Source of the DNA: Blasia pusilla
Lineage: Eukaryota
Direction of reading: 5' to 3'
Length of the DNA: 64,000 bases
Assembly: GCA_050084515.1 (NCBI GenBank)
Contig: CM114271.1
Coordinates: 38,998,001 to 39,062,000 of the forward strand
Positions within the stretch are counted from its first letter, which is position 1. Each line of letters opens with the position of its first letter. A program made the translations under genes and the position numbers. The notes under the pieces are model-generated. The model was not told where the DNA came from and did not search any database. It worked only from the letters and a program-made list of their open reading frames with translations. Of the stretch, positions 1 through 11,723 are shown in pieces.

Positions 1-639
1 GGAATTTTTTGACTCCAAGGGAGGGAAGGTTTAGTTGGAGTAACTTCGCCGATGGACTCAATAAGTATATCCGTGAGGTTCAGGAGGAGATTAATGACCT
101 TGCCACGGATGAGACACTCTTGCGATTGAGTAGGAAGAGACCTCATAGAGGATATTAGGTAGCTGAAATGATACTCTATTTTGATGCCATTGGGTATATT
201 TGTAAATAGAACGTGAAATATAGCATATTGAAGTGGATGGATTAAGGAAGTATGTTGCCCAGGTTTGAGCGCGTTGATGTCATAGATATAGCAACGGATG
301 AGAATCTCCTCCCATTAGATTGTATTGTCACCAGTTGTAAATTCTTTGGTTCTAGATATTTGTAGTCATGTACAGCGGGAATTGTAACCTACTATAGAGA
401 ATGGAAGTTAAGATTGCGAGAATTGTAATATATTGCAGAAAGTGGAAGCTTAAGATTATGAAGCCATGTGATATTTGGGGATTTTTTTAATCATCCCGAA
501 TTGGAACTTGACTTCCAAATCTTATCTATTCATTGAGCATATTTATTGTCATCTAATGATCGTGCGATGGACTTGTTATGTGACATGTGTGTACAGTTTC
601 TTATTGGAGAGCTAGCATCCTCAACGTTGCTATCCTCTG

Positions 640-3135
640 GATCAATTCGAAGTGTAGTTCCAATAAGCTTGCTCCTAAGATCCCTTCGTCTTGAAAAATT
701 GTAGAATCGGAACTTTGGTTCTGATTGTACCCCAAAGTGCCTCGCCCGCTGAAAGTCATTTGGAGCCAAACTTGGACTCAGTTCAATTGGATCGTGAGAT
801 CCAATTGCAGCCGCAGAACGCGCCCATAAAGGGAAATCCCTATCCTCGATTGGAACTGTAGTTCCAAACAGCCTGCTCCTTGCATCCCAATAGGTCGGCA
901 ACAAGTGCAGAAGCAGAACCTTAGTTCTGATTGTGTCCCAAACTACCGCGCCCGCTAAAAGTCATTTGGAGCCAAACTTGGACTAGTCCAATTGGATCCT
1001 AAGATCCAATTCCAGCGGCAGAAGGCATCTGGTAAAGGAAAATCCCCATCCTCGATTGGAAATGTTGTTCCGAATCGTTTGCTCCTCACATTCCAATAGG
1101 TCGGCAACAAATGTAGAATCAAAACCTTAGTTGTGATTGTGTCCCAGACTGCCGCGCCCGCTGAAGGTCATTTGGAGCCAAACTAAGTCGCAGTCCAATT
1201 GGATCCTAAGATCCAATTTCGGCCGCGGAAGGCGTCTGGTAAAGGGAAATCCCCATCCTCGATTGGAAATGTAGTTTCGAATGGTCTGCTCCTCACATCC
1301 CAATAGGTTGACAACAAGTGTAGAATCAGAACCTTAGTTCTGATTATATCCTAGACTACCGCGCTCATTGAAGGTCATTTGGAGCCAAACTAAGCCGGAG
1401 TCCAATTGGATCCTAAGATCCAATTCTGGCCGCAGAAGGCGTCCGGTAAAGGAAAATCCCCATCCTCGATTGGAACTGTAGTTCCGAATCTACTTATCCT
1501 TGCAACCCAATGGGCCAACAACGAGTGTAGAATCAGAACCTTAGTTTTGATTGTGTCCCAGACTGCCGCGCCCGCTGAATGTCATTTGGAGCCAAACTAA
1601 GTCGCAGTCCAATTGGATCCTAAGATCCAATTCCGGCCGCAAAAGGCGTCCGGTAAAGGAAAATCCCTATCCTTGATTGGAACTCTAGTTCCGAATGGCC
1701 TGCTCCTTATCTCCCAATAGGTCGGTGGACATTGGCAAATCAGAATGTTAGTTCTGATTGTCTCTCAGACTGCCGCGCCTGCTGAAGGTTATTTGGAGCC
1801 AAACTTAGTCGGAGTCCAATTGGATCCTACGATCCAATTTCGGCCGCAAAAGGCGTTCGGTAAAGGAAAATCCCCATCCTCGATTGGAACAGTAGTTTCA
1901 AATTGCTTGCTCCTTGTATCCCAATAGATCGGCAACAAGTGTAGAATCAGAATCTTAGTTTCAATTGTGTCCAAGACTGCCGCGCCCGCTGAAGGTTATT
2001 TGGAGCTAAACTAAGTCGCAGTCCAATTGGATCCTAAGATCCAATTTTGGCCGCAGAAGGCGTCCGATAAAGGAAAATCCCCATCCTCGATTGAAACTCT
2101 AGTTCCGAATGGCCTCCTCCTTATCTCCCAATAGGTCGGAGGACATTGGAGAATCAGAACGTTAGTTTTGATTGTCTCCCAGACTGCCGCGCCCGGTGAA
2201 GGTCATTTGGAGCCAAACTTAGTCGCAGTCCAATTGGATCCTAAGATCCAATTCCGGCCGCAGAAGGCATCCGGTAAAGGGAAAACCCCATCCTCGATTG
2301 GAACTGTAGTTCCGAATTACCTGCTCCTTATCTCCCAATAGGTCGGAAGACATTGCAAAATCAGAATGTTAGTTCTGATTGTCTCCCAGACTGCCATGCC
2401 CGCTGTAGGTTATTTTGAGCCAAACTTAGTCGGAGTCCAATTGGATCCTAAGATCCAAGTTCGGCCGCAGAAGGTGTCCAATAAAGGGAAATCCGTATCC
2501 TTGATTGGAACTGTAGTTTCGAATTTCCTGCTCCTTGGATCCCAATAGGTCGGCAACAAGTGGGGAATCAAAACCTTAGTTTCGATTGTACCCTTGACTG
2601 CCACGCCCGCTGAAGGTCATTTGGAGCCAAACTTAGTCGGAGTCCAATTGGATCCTAAGATCCAATTCCGGCCGCAGAAGGCGTCTAGTAAAGGGAAATC
2701 CCCATCCTCGATTGGAAGTGTAGTTTGGAATGGCCTGCTCCTTGCATCCCAATAGGTTGGAAATAAATGTAGAGTCGGAACGTAAGTTCTGGTTGTCCAA
2801 TTGGAACCGAAGATCCAATTCTTGCCCCAGAAGGCGTTCTGTAATATTTAACCCCAATTTTCAATTAGAAATGTGGGTCTCAATCACCTACTCCTTACAT
2901 CCCAATAGGTCTGCAACAAGTGTAGAATCGGAACCCTAGTTTTGATTGTGTCCTAAACCGCCGCGACCGCTGAATGTCATTTGGAGCCAAACTTAGTCTG
3001 AGTCAAATTCGATCCTAAGATCCAATTCTCGCCGTAGAAGGCGTCTGGTAAAGGGAAATCCCCATCCTCGGTTGGAATTGTGGTTCCGAACGGCATGCCC
3101 TCAAGATCCCAATGGGTCGGCAACAAATGTAGTTC
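640..3135. repeat. Tandem satellite array, 207-bp unit, about 12 copies (outer copies degenerate, one with a ~54-bp deletion)
   Basis: The anchor (c/t)ATCCT(c/t)GATTG recurs at 841, 1047, 1254, 1461, 1668, 1875, 2082, 2289, 2496 and 2703 (spacing 207, first interval 206), then at ~2856 and 3063. Confidence 0.95.
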
Positions 3136-4594
3136 CGAGCTCATTTGGAACTAGAGTTCCAATTGCCTTTTCTTGGCACTCGGTGGGAGCTTCTCGCGGG
3201 CCAAACCAGCACATTGCGCTATCAACTTCAAGGCTATCTCGACTGGTAGAAACCAAATACTTCTAAGTTCATTTGGAACTAGATTTCAAAACGCCACTCA
3301 ATAATCTTCCAGTGGAACAATAGATCCAAATGACGTAGAAATGTCAGTAGGATGTATTCCAAAGCGTGAACAACTCCTTCAGCGGAAGTAGTAGGTCTAC
3401 GAACAACAGGACTTTACAGATTCTTGCCGGCTGGGGAGAAGTGGGGTTGGGGCTGAGGGTCCATGAGGCCAAGATTATTTGTTTCTTTACTTGAGAATGC
3501 TTTGGAATTGGGTCTTAAGCTCCGATTTGGTTGACGAAAGCACGAACCTTGGCAAAGTCCGCATTCAATCATCCGCCACCTCCTTTACTGTGAAGTCGCG
3601 AAATAAATTAGTTTATGTTGCAAATATTGCTCTGACGGGTGTACGACGACTTTAACCACATCACACGCTAGCCTTCGCTCTCTCGAGATGTCCAAAGAAA
3701 CGAACAAAATAAACACTGTCAACATCATTCGTAACCTTTTAACTTCAAGATCATACTATATAGGGTGTCGGCGACTAAAAAAGATTTGATTGGTTGCAAA
3801 AGAACTTGAATATATGATCATATTTAAATGGACTTAAATCCTTATTTGACTTGTAAGTATGACTTCAAGAAAGTCGAAAATCCAGAAATATTTTAATTCA
3901 CGAGGAATGTCGAAATTGGTATTTTTCATTGATTAAGATTAACTAATGATTTAGTTAATGGGAGGAATGGAGGGGAGGGAGTAGGTATTCTTTAAAATTT
4001 TACGAAATAGTAGAATTATTCAAGGGAGTGGAATGCTATTATTCTTTTAAGGTTTAAGAAAATGGAAATTATTTCAAATTTTGAAATGATTTTTTTTCTA
4101 GATTATTAAAAAATATTTTTTTGTGGAAGCCCACTAAAGTGATATGCCACTACCATCGGACTTGGTTAGGGGTGTCCCTTTTCTTTTTTTGGATGTGGCT
4201 TTCACGTACTCGAGACTCTTTGACTCTCCCTCTTTTTACTCCATGTGGGTTTTCACATAACCCTCTTTCCTCTATTCAGCCGCTTTTTATTGGAATTGTT
4301 TCTCTTGTAGACTATAGAAGAAAATGGCCATAAAGATCCTTGCAAAGATTTAAGGAGTAAAGCATCGTTCCTTCCATAAAGTGTGGCGTCCACTTCCTTC
4401 ATGTTGACATAGAAAACAAAGTCATGTCCCCTTTGCCACCGAATCACTCACCCACTCACTCCCCCGCGAAAAGTGACATGTCCACTCCCTTCCCGTGAGG
4501 GGGACGTAGAACCAAAAGCTGCGTCGCCTCACCCACTCTCTCGCTAGGAAACGACTATGCAAACAGAGATGCACAGGTCGCTCGTTGCGGAGCC

Positions 4595-4599
4595 AAAAA
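4595..4599 (-). terminator. Probable RNA Pol III terminator (T5) of the tRNA-Gln gene
   Basis: First run of 4 or more T on the minus strand, ~36 nt downstream of the tRNA 3' end. Confidence 0.5.
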
Positions 4600-4635
4600 T
4601 TCGGTCTCACCAACCTTCATTCAACCCTTCAATCC

Positions 4636-4707
4636 AGGCCCCGCCGAGATTTGAACTCGGGCTACTGGATTCAGAGTCCAGTGTCATGACCACTAGACTA
4701 CGGGGCC
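4636..4707 (-). tRNA. tRNA-Gln, anticodon CUG
   Basis: The reverse complement GGCCCCGTAGTCTAGTGGTCATGACACTGGACTCTGAATCCAGTAGCCCGAGTTCAAATCTCGGCGGGGCCT is 72 nt, with a GGCCCCG/CGGGGCC acceptor stem, CTGGA-CTCTGAA-TCCAG anticodon arm and GTTCAAATC T-loop. It closely resembles plant nuclear tRNA-Gln(CTG). Confidence 0.95.
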
Positions 4708-7396
4708 GGATGTTGCAGAAAGCCGCCATTCAACTTGTACTGATGGATTCTCTTCCAACACCTCCAGCTTCATCTGCGATCTGTTGTGTGAACGAATCCG
4801 CAACCGTGCGCTAAGGGAAGCAGTCAGGTGAGGACGTTTCAAGGCCACAAGCTCAAGGCGAAGGGGTGAGTTGAGGTTGGCCGTGGTGCTCGGCTATTGG
4901 AAACTGATATTCGCTTGAATTTCAAGTAGGGAAGAGGGTCGGTTGGTTCAGACGAGAGACGGCGTTGCATTGCGGCTGTCAAGAGCCAAATTTCGTAATG
5001 GTTAGACTACGGTTCAGGTATTGGTACCGAGGATTGATGGTCGAATGGGCCTATCAATACCAGCGTTGCAACGTCTATGGCAAGAAGTGCCCCTCGAAAA
5101 TTTTTTGTCGAACGTTTGCGACGTAGCAAAGAGGGTCGCTCAGTGTAGACAAGAAAGGAAAACTCTGCTTTGGGTAAACCCCCACTTATCAGCGTCAGAA
5201 CGTCTAGAAATAGCAAGGCGAGCCACTTGAAATTTGTTTGCGTGGCTATGAAGAAAATTAAAACATATTCTCGTTCTGTCGAGGCTTTCGGATCTTGCTG
5301 TAGAAAATAGTTAACTGACAATTGACGCCTCATATCTCCTGCCGCTCAGGGGAAGATAGCACTGATCACCAATTGCGGAGAATTAATGGCGTTTCACTAT
5401 CCATGTGTTCTGTGCCTGGGTCTCACCTGAGCTAGATCGATCCTGTAACGGCATGATATCTCAAGGAGCTTGGCTTGATGATTCTTGACGTAGTCTCAAG
5501 GCTCAGGGGCTATGGTGCACACAAAAAATTGAGCATCGTCGTAGAAAATAATCCTTGGCGGATCAGCCGATGGAGCGAGAGGGTGAGGCTCCGTGAGTTT
5601 TGAGACTGCTTACAAGGAATTTGACGAGTTGACGAGATCGAGGGTAATTCCATGGTCGATTGGGTTCTGAAGGTTGAATTGAAAGGTAATGGATCTCTAG
5701 CAGCCATTGACTTGTCAATGTGAAAACAGTTGGGACACTGTGCCAAGAGTGGAATTGATCATCCCCTTGGGTTGAATCCGCCATTTGATCTACTCGCTTT
5801 ACTTGCCTTCGCACTACCAAATTTTTTGAAACTAAAACATATTCCGGTTTAGTTATGCAGCCCAACTTTACTCCAATATTTCGAGTGAACTTGTTCGGGT
5901 ACCTTACACCCAATTTCAGAGTTGTTTGATCTGGATTTTTATTTCTGATTTACCAAACTACTTTCTTCCTGGATCCCGTAGCCAAATTCGTCCAGTGAAC
6001 TCCGGTGGCACGCTATAGTCAATGTCGATTGCATTACAACTCTGATTCACCGTAGGAAGGCCCTAATCTCTTTCGTGGGAACCCAACGCACTTCACATTT
6101 GTGCCCCAAATCCCTGGTTCGGATTCTTGTGCAAGAGTAGAGCTTGTCATTGGATGCTCACATGAATCGTGTTTCCAAAACGAACCTTCGAAACCATAAG
6201 GGATCCAAAATCGCTGGGAAACAGTTGAGTCGAGTCCCGTCTCTATTCGATAATGAGCTCTAGGAATTTATGTTGCGTGGTGTCGCAGTAACGTGGTGTC
6301 GCAGTAAAGCGACTAATTGAAATGGACTACGATCCGTGGTCGACTCGTGAAGAGGCTGGCACAACGTCCAGGAGGTCTTGTATCAGGCCGTTGCACATCA
6401 CGTCAACCAGGAGCAAGTGCTGCCGACTCCTTTCGCCAATCGCTGGGAAAAGGCTGAAAGCGTCCATTGTTCAAATCAAGTAACGCGATCTGGACAATGT
6501 CCCGTGCTTACGATGGCAAGACATCAAGCTTCACAATAGCAACCCACAAATTTCTCCACTGCGCGCTACGTTCGTCAGGGGAGAATTGAAAAGCTTGCCG
6601 GAGGGCAACCTTCGATGCAGAGAGCTTTTCAAAACCTGACACGACCATGCATAGATGGGAGGAGAAAATGGGGCAGGCCATGACCCAGACAGCAACGCCG
6701 GCCCTGAAACACAAGAGGTGCAACCTTCGATTCAGAGTGCCACGAACCATGTAGAAGGAAATTAAGTCTGGATTACGTTGACAACACCGTGTTTTGAGGA
6801 AGTTCAGAGCCATGCCCACCCAAAGGCTCAAGAATGGAATGGTTGATCGGTAGTTGGCGCCCGAGATCCAACTAAACTCTCGAGGGCAAACTCCCCGATC
6901 TTGGATCCTAACACCTGCCTGTGTGGTTCACATATATTGCCGTTAAAAACACCAGTCCCTATGCACCACCGGAGTCCCATTAATTAGATGGCAGATGGGG
7001 GTTGACTGAGATTTCAGGGTATCTCGGGTGGGCTGGCTACCCTGGCGACGCAGAACCTCGTTTGTTGGCTCTCCTTGAAATATCTGGAACGACGTTGTGT
7101 GCACACTGTGAAGACGACAAGCTGAAGCCTCGAGGACATGATCCAGACTGACACTGTTGTCCGGGATTGTTCCACCAGAATTATCATCAGTCTTCAGGCA
7201 TCATCGTGCGCTTGACGAACGGCGACTTGACTGACTGGTCTCAATTCTAACAACGGCTCTACGGAATGCCCCGGCGTAAAACCACGCAAGTTTCCTGTCA
7301 GGGTACTTGGGAGATCACCATGTCTAGTCCTTCCTTGCCGTCTATGATGTTCAAGTTTAGAGTACTTCCACTCCGATGATATGTTCTTTCCCGTAG

Positions 7397-9968
7397 ATGA
7401 TGAGGGCTGTCACATCTTCTGTGATGACTTCGACTGGCAGGCGATGCCGGAAAGAAAAGAGCACGTCCATCCGGAGAATCTTCTTCATATGCTTGTGCAG
7501 TATCCTAATCTTTGTGTGCTTTGCGCCGTCCATCGCACATTGGTTTTCTGTTCTTCCGGATTTGGCCACGCTGAGGTTGAGCTCGGAAGCAGCGAATGCC
7601 CACAAATCGTGTAAGAATTTCACAGACTTCGAGAAGGAGAAGCACAACTCAGCGAATCTGCTGCCAGAAGGCGAACGGTATTTGTGGTATTCCCCACATG
7701 ACGGATTCAGCAACCAGGCTCGAGAGTTGAGGAATGCACTTAGAATTGCCATGTTGCTGAATCGCACGCTCATCTTGCCGCCTGTAGTGGATCATGGAAC
7801 TGTGAAACATGGACGGTGCTTGAAACCACGTGCAAACCAAAGAAGGCTTAGAGAGAAATCGTGGAGCTCCATTTCCACACACATTATGCAATCCAGGTTG
7901 GGGAGCTCATGCTGTCTTTCGTGACGTGATGGACTCAATCTGCTCATGCATCTGTGTCTGTGCTTGTAATGACTAGCGCTCTCCTTCTACATGACTTGTC
8001 CCCAATTTTGAGCTTTGATGATTGTGAAGAGTCCTCAGGTGCCCTTCTCTCTTTCATTGCTCATCCCATTTCGTGAAGATCCCGGTTCTCACTCTCCGAA
8101 CTCTTTTTCAGGAGTCGTCGAGCTTTCTGCATCCGTTTCTATGCTTCTGCTTGCTCGTTCCAGTCAATATTCCCTGTGGACATCTGTCTTAGCATCTCTT
8201 GATTCCGACTAGTCCCCAACCTATCTTCTCTCCGCACCTGGATGCAATTGCATGGTTGCAGTCGCTTGTTCCATCCCACCAACAGACCGAAGATCCTCAT
8301 GTTGCACTTTTGTCATTGGCACATGTACGTACACGTTTACATTGATCATCGGCTTCCTTTTCCTGGACATTAGCGCAACTGTAAACTATATATTTAACTG
8401 TATGGCTACTTGAAGAGCTGCGCAACGAGGCGAAGTCGTACAGTGATCCCGACACTGAGCTGGTAGTGGCCTCCAGATCTAATGCCATATGTACTCACAC
8501 CACTGAACCAGTAGTATCCTGTACGAACTTCTATGAGTCCTACGCGATCAGACCTGAATTTCACTCAGCATAATCGTCGCAAAGGCAAACAATATCTAGT
8601 ATCCAGTACTTATTAATTCACAAGATCATCATCATCATCCTGAACACGAGGTCCACGAATGATCCTCCGCGAACTCAAAACTTCTCACTCGTAATCAGAC
8701 CTCCAAATCAATCGGCGTGTTCCTAGGTTCGCAGAGGATGGAAGAATGATGAAGTTTTTAGGACTTGTTGCTACTACTATCCGTTGAGATGAAGGATTTG
8801 ATACTGGCGGGTGGGTGTCTGCAGGTACGTTTCTATCGGAGACATTGTGGATCTGAGTGAAATCAGTCCCAGTATGGTGAAGATCATCGATCTGAGAGTC
8901 TTTCTGGCACTCTGGTGCGGCCTGAGCATTGGTCAACTGTGTAGTGGACCTATATGCAGCGACTGGGCTGATGCCTTGGAACCACAGCACTGGGGTTCTT
9001 TGAAAACATGCACCTCCAGACTCCTGCCCCCTCCAGAGAATCCGTCATGTTTGCTGTATGAAATAGACAATGACTGCCCCACCACAATCTGGACATATAG
9101 CGAGGATCCATTCACTCGCCTTGTCCTTGAAGAACAGCTGATGGAAAAGCTACGCCACGACTCCGAGTTACACAACAGAGGTATCAACATGGTTGCAGAC
9201 AAGCTCCAGAGGATCACGAGGAAGGACGTGGTGCAGACTCTAGGTCCTGGGTCCGTAGCTGAGAGTTATTTCCTCCTGGCCTTTGGGAATTTGTTCTCTC
9301 GAATGTACAAGGGCATGGAGCTTCACGTGGATCTGAACGAGGCCCACGGAGACCCTGGTATGGACGCCAAGCTGCAGGCTATTGCGATTCGTCCTTTCAC
9401 TCAGGAGATCGTGGGAGCAGCCAAGGCTTTTGTGGAGCATAGGCTCCCAAGTCGGCCGTACTTCTGTGCTCATGTGAGGCTGGGTGAAAGAGCTTTTGGG
9501 AACGTTTGGAAAAAAACGCTCACGCCCTTGAAACGAAAACTGGAGGACCTGGTCATGAGCACCAACGATAAAGTGGATTTATTCTTAATGACCGATTTAG
9601 CACGAGTGAATTGGACTGGCACTTTTCTTGAAGAAGTGGCCACTAGTGCTCAGTATGAGCTGCACAGTCTCGATGGACATGAGGATCTTCTGAGCCATGC
9701 TGCCCATCAGATGCTCCTGCAAGAGCATGCCTTCCGCATTGGACATCTACCAAATGTAAGAAAGGGTAGCACTGCGACGAGAGAAGCCAAGTCATCTTTT
9801 CAGGTCGAGCAACCTCTGCGACTTCCCAACGTCCGACTTTACTTGGAAGAGGTCATATGTTCTTGTGCAAGCTTGGGGTTCCAAGGGACGTATCGGTCCA
9901 CAGTCACAAGTAACATCAACGATATGAGGAACGCAGGTTTGTGTCCATTAGGAAATTCTCAGGAATAA
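7397..9968 (+). CDS. O-fucosyltransferase family protein (plant OFUT30-like); join(7397..7896,8825..9968), 547 aa
   Basis: N-terminal transmembrane anchor, then YLWYSPHDGFSNQARELRNALRIAMLLNRTLILPP (O-FucT N-terminal motif), YFCAHVRLGE, and the C-terminal EEVICSCASLGFQGTYRSTVT. A GT-AG intron (TCCAG|GTTGGG ... TCTGCAG|GTACG) joins in frame to give SRYVSIGDIVDLS; total 1644 nt. The ATG directly follows an acceptor-like TTTCCCGTAG, so an upstream exon is likely. Confidence 0.9.
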
Positions 9969-11723
9969 AATTCCTATGTATGGAAGGGCTTAGTGAAATT
10001 TCGTGATTATAGTTGCTAAAGAGCTCTATTCCAATCACGGCCATCGACATCAACTTGAATCATCTCTGAAGCCTCATTAACTTTCAGCGGCATAAGCAGG
10101 GAGATTCAACTGGTCCTAGCAGTACCTAGAAGTACCTAAAAGACTTAAATCAATCTCCAATATTGTGATCGAGCCAGGGAAAGTTGTAGCTCGTAGCCTC
10201 CACACAAACCTGGAAAGGCTACGAGTACCAAAGATGGTATAGTGTAGGCTAATTTGCATGCAATTCATAGGATCGACATCATGCTGGACAGCATCCAAAT
10301 GTAGTGAACATAAATGGGAGTGAAGTACGGGTCTATGACACGTGAAGGAGCTCTTACTTCCCCAAAACCTGCTAAGACAGATCTAACTGCTTGGGCGGAG
10401 CTGAGACTCTGGGATAGAAGAAAATCTCCATACTGAAGTCCACCTTTTTCACAAAAGTTACGCTTCAGTCCTCTTAAGTTTCCATGGCAGACAGCCAACT
10501 AACCACATTCTCAAATAAAGTATCGCATTGGCCCAATTGATCAAAATTTGCAGCTTGCAATTTTATTGCACTTTGTTGTCCACAGGTCTCATGGCAGGTA
10601 AAGACTATTACGCTTCGCTTAGTTATCAAGACTAAACTAGTTTTGATACAGTAAATGTACACCTGCTATCTTGAAACAGCACAACTTGTCTCTTGGAAGC
10701 CCGGATCGGTGAACTAACTAATCAGATACACAAATTCTCAATTTATATAATCTCATGTCTACCCAAATAAATAGAAGAGAGTCCCTAAATGGATCTTGAT
10801 TTGTGTGCTGGAATTTGTTATCAGAAACAGTAATATACATCATGCACAGGTGTATTTCACCACACATGGTACGGTTACACACCTCATGACATTGATCTCG
10901 CACCGTTCTGAACCTGTTCCTTGCTTGTATGCAAGCAGAAGAAATAGCGCCCAAGGAAACGGCCTCAGTCTTCATTCATCGCATTTCAGGATTAAGACTC
11001 CATCCCAAATGAGAACCTGACAGGATCTTTCTGGAGGCTCCATCTTGATGCAAGAAGTTTCAGAGGTACCTTCTTTTCTTAGATAGCCTCTCTGTAGAAA
11101 TAACTCCATCGAATCAGGAACTCGATTTTGACAAGAGGATCTAAAAAAAACTTTATTCTAGTACAAAAAATATTTGCCTCAGATGTTTTGTGCACGCAGA
11201 AGACTCTTTCTGCAGTCATTTTGTGGGGAATCTAGGAGTCTTATACAGCCTTAAGAATCCTTTCCGTTGACAAGCACAGGAACACGGACCATTTTGGAGT
11301 GATTCCTCAAGTTGTTAACGTGTTTTGTCAATCATGTAAGCCACCATTAAGTAGAAGTACAAAGCACAAAGCCCCATTAGGTCTATCTGTGAATGAGTTG
11401 ACCGTAAGTATAAACAACACACATTAATGTTTACCTGGAGCAACCAGGACATAAACTCAGATCCACTATTCATACTTCTTGTATTCACAAACTAATCCGA
11501 CCGCCCAGGTTCCACTTCAAGAAGCCAATGTAAAGCTTTTGTCGAGAGACAATACAAAACTGATGTCCCAACCACTTAAGATTCACAAACAGCTCTAAAT
11601 CTTTAAGACATAAGTACAACGCTGCTAGGGTTGAAGCTACAAAAAATCTGTTTCCTGGAAGATTGTGTCCGTCCCATGCAATCATGAATGATCATCCTGA
11701 AGACAATTCACTTTTAACCTTAC

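Noticed and set aside
1-345. Open frame to ~158 (..DGLNKYIREVQEEINDLATDETLLRL..) with a degenerate echo at ~235-320
   Set aside because: It is truncated by the window edge and has no recognisable domain, so it is too short to call.
640-3135. CRISPR-like array or repeat-protein gene in the 207-bp repeats
   Set aside because: Whole units are repeated with no unique spacers, the context is eukaryotic with no cas genes, and every frame has stops in nearly every unit.
4760-7380. Short ORFs between the tRNA and the O-fucosyltransferase
   Set aside because: They have no recognisable motifs and are more likely 5' UTR, intron or promoter. The 16-bp tandem duplication at 6276-6307 is unremarkable.
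10900-11460. Candidate terminal exons of the KIX-KIX gene (e.g. VLIWDGVLILKCDE* near 11020-10975)
   Set aside because: Plausible splice sites exist, but there is no homology to choose among them.
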